The notes beneath the pieces were generated by a model. That model made no database searches. It was not told the DNA's origin and saw only the letters and a program-made list of their open reading frames with translations. A DNA stretch of 58,039 bases, the filler included, from Sphacelaria rigidula (Eukaryota), in NCBI GenBank assembly GCA_964200075.2. It is 3 parts of 3 records of this genome, joined end to end, with 100 filler letters (N's around TTAATTAATTAA, not from the genome) between each part and the next. Parts side by side here need not be neighbours in the genome. Positions count along the whole stretch, not along the records: positions 19,384 to 38,663 come from CAXNAA020000698.1; positions 38,764 to 58,039 come from CAXNAA020000699.1; 1 more part is not named here. One strand, given 5' to 3'. The position numbers and the translations under genes are program-made. This document shows positions 35,601-48,300 of this stretch, in pieces. Each line of letters starts with the position of its first letter. Position 1 is the first letter of the stretch.

Positions 35601-37480
35601 TTGTAAATGCAAGATTTTATTTTTTCATCAGATCGAGGACCATTTGCTAGTTTTCTACAGTCCAGACCTAGACAGCCGAATTTTTATCAACATCTCTACA
35701 CGCCCAGTGACTCCGGTCGCCGACTGGTACGACGACATGCGGGAAAAAAATGCGTCAGGGTGGACTGACATTACTACTACTACATGCGGAACATGGCAAC
35801 GATCTAAGGTTAACGCCTTTTCGACTAAAGTCGAAATCGTCGAGTCCAACGACGACCCTCGGAAAATGACCATGACTCCGAGTTGTCTCAAACGAAAAAA
35901 TCTGAAGAATGACGGACGACTCACAGTCGACTCCTCGGACTAACGTTGAGAGAAGAGTAACGACACAAACTCGACTCTGTTGTAACTTGATGATAGATTG
36001 CGGTACAGCTTGTGACGGTTCACGTCCACCGTTTCAAAATACTGTTGAGTATCGAGCAAAGCGGACAAACAGATATACAGCAAGCTACGATACGATTTGC
36101 TTGGACGTACAGGTCCAAAGTAATGCAAGGTTTCATATAGCGGTTTACTCGCACTGTTTTGTATTGAAAAAAAATGTTCGTACAGTTTCTAGTATGCGAG
36201 GTTGAATGCACAGTTCTCTAGTCATGAAGAGTTTTCTTCTCCTTCAGAGAGTTCACAGCTTGGGTTTACCCCTACATTCACTCTGTCTCAACCACTTATT
36301 TTTCAGCTCTGTTCTAACGCAGCATTGAGTGTTCATTTGTGTTGACCAGAAGCGCTCATGACACCTACGTTCTGCACTGCACGACACACCTGAGCTTAGC
36401 GGCCACTGTGCACCTTCTGCTAGCTCCTTTTCAATACAGTCGAGTGAGCTCGGTCAGCTTTTATCCTGTTGTTGATACAAGTCAGGCGAGCTCCTGTTTG
36501 TGGGACAGTCAAATCACTTGAGCTTGTCGATTATATACGGCACATGACACGCGATAATTCTAGACTCCAACGATTGGACTCGAGAAACGAGGACGACTCA
36601 AAGTCGACTTCAATGGCTGAATTTGGAAAAATGACAGCAACTCAGCGTCGAATTCAAGGAACCAATTCCGAAAAGAGGGACGCCCAAGCGGCAACTTGAG
36701 CCCATTATTATCGACACTGCCTTATTAGAGATCTCAATTTTTTTCAAAATTTTTGAACTTTGCGTTCAGAATTGTCCGACGATGAAGCGGCGTGATTTCT
36801 TCGCCGAGGCTTCATGTTTGGATAAGTTTCAAAAATCGGACTGCAACGAGGCATCTCGGAGGGCTGCCCGGGGAATACGTCATGGCGGTCGCAAGCATTC
36901 GAGAATCATCAGGTACCTTGCCAGCCCCGCGAATTTCGGAGGTTTCCGAAACAACAGTGCCGACAATAATGGGCCTTATATGCCTCAATTACAAAATGAC
37001 GATATCCAATCCAACCGGTTACGACTCCCATGACTCGGTCGATGATGATATTCACCCCAGAATAGTCGCGCCTGTAATTAGCGGTGGTCTTTCCCATATA
37101 ATGCAGGTACGAGAAGGGTTCCTTGTGCTTCTTATTTCCGTGAGTGTCTATTCCCTTCCTTCAGGTATGCAGCCTTGTGGTCATTCTTTTCATCAAGAAG
37201 CCGGCCCAGAATTATCGTGGAAGAATCGAACCCCGGGTAGCTATTCGCGAGTTTGGGAAAAGGCAAACTATGTTTCAGGATCAGGATATGAATTTCAAGA
37301 TGGAAACCGAAAACTTTGGGATGGAAACCGATGTGACCTGGATTGACTTTTCGTCATTATTCGGAGTGACTGGCCGCAGGTTGCCCCACCGAATGTGCGA
37401 TCAATCATCCAATTTGAAAATGCAGCAGAGTCCAGAATTGCGCAGTAGCGAGTTTTCAGTACAGACAGTACATCATGATT
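32700..37480 (+). pseudogene. Decayed, relatively AT-rich coding relic (probably transposon-borne), split by the piggyBac-like insertion
   Basis: Successive plus-strand ORF fragments with scattered stops and frameshifts (32941-33074 joined to 34820-34980, 34967-35212, 35632-35943, 36469-36699, 36792-37346, 37144-37494). The reading frame is restored across the insertion site. Limits approximate. Confidence 0.45.
33075..34815. mobile_element. 1741-bp non-autonomous piggyBac-type DNA transposon
   Basis: TTAA TSD (33071-33074, 34816-34819) and perfect 15-bp TIR CCCTTTTGGAACCCT / AGGGTTCCAAAAGGG. No recognisable transposase; internal minus-strand ORF 33952-34362. Confidence 0.92.
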
Positions 37481-37494
37481 GTACCTTACCCTGA

Positions 37495-37770
37495 TGTACC
37501 GTGCCGTACCGCGGGCTAGTGCACTGCACTGCACTGCAATACATTGCACTACACTGCGCTGCAGTACAGTGCAGTATACAGTATAATGCAGTACAGTGAA
37601 TTGCAGAGCGTGACTATATATCGCGGTACGGCGGTACAGCTGTATGGTACAAACAGCACGACAGCACCTTCAACGAGTTTGCACTATTCCACTCACAACG
37701 GTGGTGGAAGACGTCATGTACTAGAATGGAACGGCAGTGCAGTGCAGCCAGGTGCAGCACTGCTGCTCTG
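37495..37770. repeat. Degenerate pentamer repeat (CACTG/CAGTA/TGCAG)
   Basis: GCACTGCACTGCACTGCA...GCAGTACAGTGCAGTATACAG; similar composition at ~39150-39740. Confidence 0.6.
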
Positions 37771-37859
37771 CGCGGTAGATGATGAGCCGTTCACACCGTC
37801 CTGTTCCAGCTGAACATACAGTGCGAGCTGGGCCAGCCTAGAGGCGGATTTGAAGTTTG

Positions 37860-38138
37860 TAGGCCCATGCTCTTTTATACATTTAGAGTTGGGCCCTGAA
37901 ATTTGGTATGGACAGTGCATAGGGCACAGGGCATAACAAAAAAATATTACTGAAGTACCAAAAGTTTTTTTTTTTCCATGAGTTAATTAAGGGCATTTTA
38001 CTGATACCTGTAAACCGATTATTGCCCTTAACTCATGAAAAAAAATGGTACTTCAGTAATTTTTTTCTTTATGCCCTATGCACTGTCCATACCAAATTTC
38101 AGAGTCCAACTCTAAATGTATAAAAGAGCATGGGCCTA
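37860..38138. mobile_element. 279-bp fold-back MITE (long TIRs, TAGGC...GCCTA termini)
   Basis: The left arm TAGGCCCATGCTCTTTTATACATTTAGAGTTGG...GGACAGTGCATAGGGCA...CATGAGTTAA is the near-perfect reverse complement of 38023-38138; loop about 25-30 nt. Confidence 0.9.
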
Positions 38139-38663
38139 TCAAAAACCGGGTCGGTAGAAATTCGGAACAGTATTTCGCAGGCCACTCACCGGCCCACGTT
38201 TGGTTTTCGTGTATTGATCGAAAGTTGGTGTGGGCGCTCTCTAAGGCATAATTAACAAAAAAAGCGGGTTAGGTTGATTTTTTCATTTTTCTTCACTGGT
38301 TCATGGCGTTCTACTATGGTCAGGATCAATTTTTCACGAGAACGTTCGAACCTCTATGAAAAATAAATAAATGAAGGCCCATCTTTTTTTGTTCGGCACA
38401 CTTTTGTGGTTCCCCATGCTAACTTTCAAGTCACAATTCTAGAAATTGAGCTACAACAGTGCGATAAGGCCTAAGAGCAACGTTCATTTTTCCTCAAAAC
38501 TCCACTAAAAACACGAAAAAAAATAAAATAAAAATGAGAAAAGGTAGCAAGCCGTTTTATTTTATTTTATTATACACTAGCGGTCCACTACACGAAATTT
38601 TATCGAACAACCCTAAAAAAATGAGACACAATGTCAAGATTAAGGGCATCTAATGCCTCTGCT

Positions 38664-38763
38664 NNNNNNNNNNNNNNNNNNNNNNNNNNNNNNNNNNNNN
38701 NNNNNNNTTAATTAATTAANNNNNNNNNNNNNNNNNNNNNNNNNNNNNNNNNNNNNNNNNNNN
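38664..38763. other. Assembly gap with artificial six-frame stop linker
   Basis: 44 N + TTAATTAATTAA (38708-38719) + 44 N. Confidence 0.97.
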
Positions 38764-38789
38764 ATGCTTTCAACGGTGGAAATCATACA

Positions 38790-38877
38790 GCACGAAGAAA
38801 AAATCCAACGCATCGGAAATCGAACCCCCGTTCTCTCCACCCCTGTGGCGATAGTCGGACCATTACACCACCGGGGC
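38790..38877 (-). mobile_element. tRNA-derived SINE head or tRNA pseudogene
   Basis: Minus strand GCCCCGGTGGTGTAATGGTCCG...GGGGGTTCGATTTCCGATGCGTTGGATTTTTT has A and B boxes, but the acceptor stem does not pair. It shares its GCCCCGGTGG start and CGATGCG end with the element at 6529. Confidence 0.7.
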
Positions 38878-41595
38878 GCGGCCCTATCCTGTGCGGAGTT
38901 CCAATCGCGGCGCCTTGGATGGAAATATGCACGTCTCCCCAAAACCACGACGACCGCTGAGAGGCCGAAGTACCAATAGAATGCAGGCGGGCCTTGAAAA
39001 ACGCTTGGAGTTTCTGCCTGACCTTGGCTTGAACTCAGAGAGGGAGGGGGCTTGGCTTGATATTAACTTTAGCGAAACAAATACCCTTGGCAACATAGCA
39101 CACCGACGACCTTGATTACGATCGAAACTTATTTACTACTTTCCATTGTCTTCTACTGTGCCTTATCTGTACTGCTTGATCCGTACCTGAATTCACACTG
39201 CATACAGCGCTATATGTCTGTGTGGGTGCACTGCATGCGTACATATATATAGCCATGCACTGTCTGTACTGCCCAAGCTGCACCTATATTTACTGAACAG
39301 CGCTGGGCGCGGCTGAATACTACATGGACCCTGCGGTACGTGGCATACGTTTCTCGTGTGTGCGTGCTTCTACATGAAGCTCGTGTGCTACGTCATTACA
39401 GTTAGCTGTGAATAATCTGTACTGTGAGCACAGAGGTACTGGCTGTGTATTTGATTGTACTATTCTTGCATCGTACAGTATGTGTGCGGTGTGTATCGGC
39501 GGTTGTGTGTGCAGCGATACTCCATGTTTCATACAGGAAGTTACACCGTGCTTGATGTAAGGTTTGTTGATGAACGAGAGGACAGACTCCTTGCCGACGA
39601 ACGTTGATTTTGGTGTAGCTGTAACCGTGTAAGGCAACAAGTACAACAGCAATGGTCGATGCTGCTGCACCGTACGCTGTATATGTATTGTCTGTTCTGC
39701 GCTGTGTGCAGCTGTATTCCACGCATGCAGTGCCTGTACCGCTATTTGCGCCATGCTTGATCGGAAGTGCTTTCGATTGGCTCTCTAACCTTTCCCCCAC
39801 GAAATCATGATATCTAAAAATAGCCTGTATTCAGCTCGACGTGATTAAAGTCAGAAGTCAGACCACCCAATTGTAGCTTTTGTCCGAATAAAACAAAGAA
39901 CACGTCACTCATGATTCGTCAATTATATTTGTTTTTCGAAACATTGGAGTGGGACCTCTGTTCTAACCCTGGCCTTTCCCGATATTGCTCCGTTGAAGAC
40001 AGCTTGGGCCGGCGGCTACTACCTTACGCAAGCTGGTAGGGGCGAAGCCTTGTCCGGCGCAGCGCCTTGTATATCGTTCTCATCGTACAAGTAGGTGTGG
40101 TTCAAAACTCTGACCTCCGGATCGGTCCGTGTGCGATAGTTGGTCGTGCTCGGCGTCGGTGACTCCTGTCTCGCGCTCCTTGCTCTCCTCGCAATATTGA
40201 TCATCGTCGATAAGTCTCATGCCCCCTACCCGCGGTGATTGAAGTCTGCCTTCAGTGCTTGTACCTTCGCTGTTCGATTCCACGTCTTGGTCTACAGTCA
40301 ACGTGAATGTTTCGCTTAGCATCAGACGGTGTTCCTCTTCGTGTTCCAGGCGCTTGACAATTTTTTCGTTCTGCACGCAGCCAGGGCGGGGCAAACAAGG
40401 AGGGTGCAGACGAGAAATTTCCGCCAGATATTTGAGGGTAATTAAATACGTCAGCTCGTTGGCTTAAATATTCTCCTCTCTGGCAGGCAGTACGACTATA
40501 CATGCTGGTTCACGCTTTTGACCCAAAGTCGGCTAATCAGAAGACGCCTTTCCACGATAACCACCCAATTGTCGCATGCATGGTATCATACTGACCGCCA
40601 TGGACAACTGAAGAGGGTGAAACAACCGGGTTTTGTTCAAAAAAATAGCGGTGGCACTGAAGGCGGAAAAAGGTCGAAAATGAACCTCAACCAATGAGTG
40701 GCATTGAAATTGTTCTGAATTTCAAAATGCGACCTCCCAATCCTAATCTCCACATGCTTCACATCGTAATAACCGCCATCAGCTCGGGCACCTCACGGAA
40801 AACAGAAGACGGTTTTTATGGGATCAAATTATACCCAAACCCGTGGTATGTCGGTGATGTGAGGCTTTGGCGTCGTCGGACTTCCAACGATGATACGCAC
40901 CAATGACCCAGAAAGGCTCCCGATGGTTTTCCTTATACTTGTCGTAGAAAAGCTCCGACCGCCGTCAAACTTGACAGTTCGGTAGGCATTGATGCTCCAA
41001 AGGAAAAAATGAATTGTTGAAAGGATTTCAAAGTTTCTCTACCCTACAACGACTTCCGGCGGTCCCCGCGTGAAGACCCCCGGAAGCCGGTACAGAGTGC
41101 CTCAAAAATATATTATGCGTCTCAGCGTAGTCCAAGGAACATTTGTACGCAGTGCCGTTGCGTGACAAGAAAATCTGATGCACTGGGGGCGTTTTCACGT
41201 CAAACATGCCCTGAACAGTCGCTTCAATAATACTAAAACAAAGTAGTAGGGATTTTGGACCTTTTAAGCCTACTTGGTCGAACAAAAGCCCAAGGGTTCA
41301 CGCCGATTCTTGGAGTTATAATCTGAAAAATTGCATACAGAGATTGTAAGACACTCCGAAATTTTCATTAAAAGTTTTTTTTTCTTGTTTTGTTGAGATA
41401 TTTTCGACTGATTTCGGGGGTACAGGAGTGGCATGTTACTCCGTGGGACCCAGGGACCCTCGATAACCGGCGAAAAATGACAATCGAAAAATCCCATTCC
41501 AAGAAAGTTTCAAAATGACCCATTTTATTTGTGTGCAAGTTTTCAGTCCAAATAAGACCGTTTCTTGCAGTAGGTATTCTCTTGGGAGCATAGTT

Positions 41596-42110
41596 TCCAT
41601 TTTGGGGACATTTGACGCCATTTTTGGCCCCCAAATAGATAATCTCGCCCTCACACGTCTTCGCCACTTTGCATCACCGCACCGAGAGGAGTCAAGCCCA
41701 CTTTTCTCGCTCGCTTGGCTCCAAGGTTTCAACAGAGAACTCTGGACAAAAATACGACTGGGGGAAAAAAAAGCGGTGTCTGCAGGTGCTTGAAAAAAAA
41801 ACACCGCATGTATTTCCAGCCGTATTTTTGTCCGGAAGAGGTCGTTGTCAAAACCTCGGAGCCATGAGAATCGCGGAAGTGGGCTAAACTCCTCTCGGTA
41901 GGGCGATGCACAAAAATATCCGCAGACACCGCAGTTTTTCGTCCAGCCGTAGTTTAGTCCAGAGGGCTGTTCTCGAATCCTCGGAACCGAGCGAATCGGA
42001 AGAGTGGGCTAGGCTCCTCTCGATGCGGCAATGCAAAGTGTCGACGACGTGAGAGGACCAGATTTCCTCTGTGGGGGCCAAAAACTGTGCTCAATGTCCC
42101 TGAAGTGGAA
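41596..42110. repeat. Fold-back element: long inverted arms with an internally duplicated ~120-bp unit
   Basis: 41596-41785 is inverted relative to 41920-42110, and a third inverted copy of the inner unit lies at ~41800-41912. The ORF track shows the shared spurious peptide H.R.ERS.AH..DS.GS on both strands. Confidence 0.8.
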
Positions 42111-42322
42111 TCCCCCCCCCTCCCCCCCCTCCCCAGATACCAACGGTAAGAGACAGTATCCAACTCCTAGAATCGGCGTGAACATTTGGGAATGAATGAA
42201 TTTTGAGTCAAAAGCGCGAACTGGCCTGTAGTGCAGTTGGGTTCGACGCGCCATCTGGCATCTGAGAGGGTCTAGTCATGAGCTCATGTATGTGTTGATT
42301 TCTTTACGGTACAGCAACAAGG

Positions 42323-45300
42323 ATGGAGAGAATCCGCCCCAAGGAAGGGCAAGAAGAGCTATATCTCTACCCACACCGAAAGGGCACTTACATCCTTGTC
42401 GAGGACATCAGCGTCTACTTCTCGCACCGCGACTTCTATTCTACCCTCGCCCTCGGAGGCATCCTCGCCTGGAAAGGCATCAGTGTTGTCGTCGTGCCCA
42501 GCAACTTGTGAGTCGATGCATGTTTTGCCATCTGTTTCTTGTGTTGTTATTGGTTCGTCATCGTGTGCATCGTGGTCATGCTCCCCAAGGCCTTCCATCA
42601 TCGATGTAATGTCAGAAGGTGGTGCTGGTATATCATTGGTGTTTCGTGCTGCTTTGTCTACGATGCAGACAGACACAGAAACTACGGAAGGAGAGTGAGT
42701 GCGTCAAGGTGCTGAGGGTGCGGCACAACTCTCCTTGTGCCGGCGGAATCGGTTTTGTTTCGTCGTTGGGTTGCGGCTCAATAAGGTGGCCAGTCGTAAG
42801 TTGCGCCGCATGTACCGCACTCTCTTGTATTCCTTTTTCCCTCCCTCCTGGGATAGAAGGTTATACCGTATCAAACCACGATTCGTCTTGAACCTAAATC
42901 TTTATCTCCAAAATAGGCGACAGGCTTTCTTATCTCGACCCGGCAAGTGCAAGTACCCGGTATACCGCCGGTAGAGGGTCGAGGCGAGCGTATTAGATTG
43001 CGCCTCGAACGATAAACAGCATAGAGCATGTGCCTTCGCAACAACGATACACTGTGGAAATGGAACTCGCAATTGAACATACAGGAGGCAGTTGCTATCG
43101 ACAACGAGGCGATGATGATGGTAATAATGTGTCGAATATCAAGCCTGAAAGATATAGGGAGAGCCCGATGCATTCCGGTAGTCTGTCGGGCACTGACGTG
43201 GAAAGCGCGGTTCAGCAACTCATGGGTTCATTAAAATGCATATCTTCTGCCGTACCACGACGTTTTGGAATGGACGATATCGTCGACATCGACGAAGATG
43301 ACATCGCCGCGCTGGAAGCTTCACTAGAGTGGAGGGATTTCTTGCCTCACGTTCGGCGGTCTGTCCTTGCAGAGCAAAGAACGTCTGCTGTGGGAAGGAT
43401 CCATTTCGTTCCTCGCATGATACGGAGTCGACCAGGTACCGCTTATGCCGTGAGGTGAGTATGTACTACAGCATACTTCGATCAATTTGCTGCGAGAGAA
43501 GAACGAGGTACACGTACTGTATGATATTATCATAGTTTGGGTTTGTTACAAAATCGAGAAAGATGCTCGTACTGCGAACGTTGATCCCCTGACTCGTGCA
43601 GCTATGCAAGCTAACTTCCGAGTATGTTCTGGACAGTTGTTCAAAGATGTCACGTGTTACGATACCTGAGCGTTGTGCGAAAAACACTTGTACAATGCTC
43701 TGAGGTCGACCCTACTGATGTCAACCTTGTCATTTGTCACAACGATCACTAGCCCATGCAGCCAGCGCCGACTCACAGGGTTGGTGGCACCGTAGTCTCT
43801 CACTGGTATGCCACAGATGTACGCGGTCTCACTTTCGGGGCAACCACCCCGTCAGCCTTTGTTTTCATGGAGTCGATTCTTCGAAACAAATTCGTTGAAG
43901 CCCGTAGACTTATGCTAATCTCTGCAAAAACTGCTGAAACCTCCCGCAAACTAACAGACCCGACACCAAACGTCAGGTATTGGAAGGGGCTCAGCAATGT
44001 GCAATCGTTGACTGCCGCACTTGGAATCGTAGCGGCGGCATGGCAAATGTGCCAGCCGCCCGAGCCGGAAAGAGTGAGTAACACGCATCGAAAAGAGGGC
44101 GGAACGCACAAACCAGTGGTGGGAGCTAGCTCAGAAGCAGGGCACGGTCCGGAAAGATTTCCAGCACCTCTTCCCGGCGGAATCAGTGAGCAAAAGAAGC
44201 CCTCGCCTGCTGTCACCTGCGAAGTAACGGGCCAAGAACAGAAAGCATCGCATCATCGTGGAAGTACGGATGGTTCTAGTTCCCGCGAAGATGTTCCCAT
44301 CGTTCTCGACGCTTCCACTGTGGCAACTAAGGCTCATGGAGGTCAAACGGAGAATAGTAAAGATGCAGGCGGTGCAAAAGAAAAAGCAGGCATCATAGAT
44401 GGTGACCATAAAGTCCAAACCTCGAGCTCACCATCAGATTGTCAGAGCTCAACAGCGGTGACCCTGACCAAGAAAAAACGGAGGGCTAACCCGTTGTTGT
44501 TAGGAGTGATCGGATTCGCTGCAGAATGGGACTCTTCCTCGAGACAAGCCTGTGTGGCGTTAATCGGGGACTGGCCAGGGATTGGGTCGTTGCAAGATCT
44601 TCTGGAGGGGAAGACCGCCATGCGCCGAACTTCGCAGGAGGATTTGATAACATGGACGAGGCAGGTAGCGAAAGGGCTGGTGAAGATTTGCTCCAGTAGC
44701 GGCGGGGGTACCTCCAGAACTACCGCTAGCGCGAGAGGAAAGCTGCTGCTGAGAATATCTGCGCGGAATGTATATCTGTTCCCAAAACCGAAGAGCGAGT
44801 TTTCCCAAGAACCCAAAGGCGTTCTGGATGCCAGGGTGAGATGACGAGAACAGCCACAAGGCGGCGCACCGCTGAATGAACTTTGACCCCGTTCACGTCA
44901 TTCGGTCCCTTAATTATTGACGCCTACTATTGAGAGTTGTAAGTGTTTTTGGAATATGTACTACAACTGATGGCATGCAGAAGGGGTTGGACAATAATGT
45001 TGCATGGGTGCTTCATTCCAAACATACACTCTGCGCTACATATGACGCCGAAACTCGAATGCAAGTCTCCATGCATCGTCGAATAAGAAAGCAATCTGAC
45101 GGGAGCTGAGTGGCTATTGTTTTCCATGAACAGGCCGATTTTGAATACATGCGACTGGAGCACGATTGACGATGGAAACACGCGTGGCCTTCATGGCATT
45201 CGCTGAAAGCAATGACCAGCGTCCGTTTCTCGTAGCTTGTTTATAGTTTTCGTCCGACCTATCGATACGGCGTGCACCAACCCGCTCACGTTCACGCAAA

Positions 45301-48300
45301 GGTCGCGATGTTCTTAGGACCCCCACTTCACAACAGTCCTGCGGAACAAGATGATGCCTATCCTTTATTGCCCCCGGAGTGTATCTTGACAAGATCTGGT
45401 GGTGGGTCTCCCACTGGTGGGGATATACCACCGACTCCACTAAAGGCGAAAACCGCACAAACTGGCGAAGAACCCGCGGACGTTTGGGGTATGGGAACAC
45501 TCGTGTTTGAGTTGGCAACGGCCCAAATTGCGGGTGAGTTTCCTCTTTCTCGCACATTTGCGCAACGGAAGTGTCATTGCGCATGCTGATACTGCCGGGT
45601 CGGCGTCATACGAACCGCTGCAACAGTAACATCGGGCAGATTCTAGTACATGCACTGTGCCATGACGGGTAGCTCCGGGCACAACGCTTTGAAGTGGATA
45701 TGAAAATTCTGCTCAGGCCAGATGCCAGCTGTTGCAACGTGCGTTTCGTGTTCCTGCGTTACAATTAGTCCATCTCTTCTTGCTATTTTCGCCGAGGGTC
45801 CTAACGCGCCTAGTCCAATTTTGTCTCGTGGGTATCGGCCGCAGGCCCCACTCCTTTGGCTGCACGGTCGCTCCGCGATTTATTGCGAGCCGTACCAATC
45901 GGTCCTCGCTTTCTGTACGGAGACCTTGCCCGCGCAGTAATGCAGCTATCGTTCCGGAAAGAGCCTCGCGAGAGAGCTACAGCGGTGCAGATTGCTGCGA
46001 TCGTGGAGGAAACTGCCACCAGGTCAGCAGTACGGATGCATCGATTATCGTGGAGGGCGCCTCCTCGCTTTCTACTGCTGGTTCACCCGTTCTCGGCTGA
46101 GTGGTGGCGTTCCCTGCAAGAGAACTAGTGTTTTGGGGGAACAGTGACAGGTTTAAGCCCACGTGATTTTTGCGAGGAACTTTTGCGATGCATTGCCTGC
46201 GAAACTTCACCGACCTTCCTTGAAAACTTGAGCGAGCCCTTGTTTGTTACAGGGCGGCCTTCCGATCGTAACCCGACAAGCTTCCTGTGACGCCATTGCG
46301 ATCGGAATGAACATGGATATGGCGGCATTGATCGCGCAAACACTCGTGTTTTGCTCATTGCAGTAGCTATCCATTTTACCGTCCCTTTGTGTAGAAAAAA
46401 TGATTTGGCGAAGAGATGTTGAACAGCGATCCCATTATCCCATCACCAAATTGTCACAGAACATTGAGACGAGCGCACATCGCAAGCGACCGGCAGACCT
46501 GTTTACTCCGCGCAGAACGCCGGGCGTTGGAATCAGCGGAGGTATCCGCGGGACAGGATCATGACGAAAACGCAGGCGATGACGCAGATGGCTACGGACA
46601 AGCTGTGCAAATATGGAGCATCAAACAGGCGGTAGAGCGGGCCAAGGGGCGAGCGAGAGCTTTCCTTCGACAACTGTGGTATGCCCTCTGCAAGTACCGT
46701 TGGGGCCCTGATATAGTGCGGTAGAATCCCCATGTCACGGGACCGAAGCCGGCTCTTCAAAGTGCTAGTCTCGCTTCAGTTCGGCCATTATCCATACTGT
46801 CGCGCTGTTCTGGGACCCCAACTTGTGCGTTCACGTCGGACACATGCCGTTGGAATTGGGCAGACAGTGTGCGTGCGCCTGTGTGGAACTGGCGCGAATT
46901 CCTGATAACTGTCAGGATTCTACACCCCCTGATTCAATCAAACTTGAATGCCTCATTTCTTGGTAACTTTAAGATTCTCTAATTCATCAGATATTTGGTT
47001 CGAAACAAATCAAGAGCTTGAAACAAACTGCGGGAAACGTTTCTGTTCCGTTCGCATGCCCATCCTGGCGTTCGGCCACGATGCACCCATGACCGTCTGT
47101 GTCAAGTGTGTCACAAAGACCTATCTATTCCGAAATGACTCTTCTGTGGCCGACAGGTGCTGTTCCTTAATGGTCCCGCGGCGATGAGCTGACTATTTCC
47201 CACCAATGAAAACTCGCGTCGATTTCTTTCAGGTTTGACTCCTTGACGGAAGATGACAAGCGCCGCGTAAGGCACAAACGGCGGTACAGAAAGGTGGGGC
47301 GAAACTGGAACAGGTTATGTGGTTGTCTTTTATGAGACGCGGCTTGTACGATTGGTGTTCGCCGATGAACACGAAACCATCAGATGTGTGGGGTTAGACT
47401 AGCTAGACTACCATATCGTTTTCCCGCTCTCTTGGGCGGTGTACAGGATGATGGTAAATGCGTCTTTTTTGTCGTTCGCCGGGCAACTTTAGGTTTTGAG
47501 CCTTTCACTGGTACAGCAATGTGCTTGTGATCGTGTTTTCATGTTCTCGTCGAATTTTCTCGACAAAAACTGCATTGCAGATCAATGAAAATGCTAAAAA
47601 GGCACGGAGACGACGCGTCAGGGCGGCCGTGATGCATCATTGGACACCAGTAGAGGTGGCGACTTGGGCTGGGGGCATCTTGCACCAAGCCGAGGTACAA
47701 CCAATGCCATATACGTGGGTTTTGTCCTATATTTATATTTTTCGAATGGTGTTCTACTTCCGCACCAATAACAGAAACTGCGAGTATAACATTTACAGTT
47801 CGAGCTCAGGTGGAATTTGGGGCGTTTCTACTGGTTGCACTTAAGCACCCCACACCCCCGCACCGCTACACCTCGACCCCGTTGTTCGTGGTCTCGTTTC
47901 GTGAAATAGATTCGAGGTTGTCTTCCGTTGGTGTCATCAGGTGACGCGAAGGGCGGCATCGCAGTGATGAGAGGAAATGGTGATCGCAACCGACAAGGTA
48001 GCGATGCCACACCCGATATTGGCAAACCCACTACAAGAGAACACTCAAGTGATGGGTCCGTTGGAGAAAAACAGGACCAGCAACAACAGCAGCAACAACA
48101 GCAGCCGGAGGAGCAACATAAACAACATCAGCAACAACAAGAGCAACATCAGCAACAGCAGCAACAGCAGCGGCAAAAACAACAACATCAACAACAACAT
48201 CAACACAGCGGCCCTGCCGCAGGTATCGGAAATGAGAACGATTCCTCCGGTGGTGCGGATTCTAGCGACAACGCGCACAACGGACGCGACGACCGACCGG

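Noticed and set aside
38809..38877. Functional tRNA gene (also considered for 6529-6601)
   Set aside because: The acceptor stem cannot form and the anticodon arm is irregular; treated as a SINE head.
40080..40394. Acidic minus-strand ORF with a plausible acceptor at ~40377
   Set aside because: No partner exons or recognisable motif could be linked; it lies among TE debris, so it is not called.
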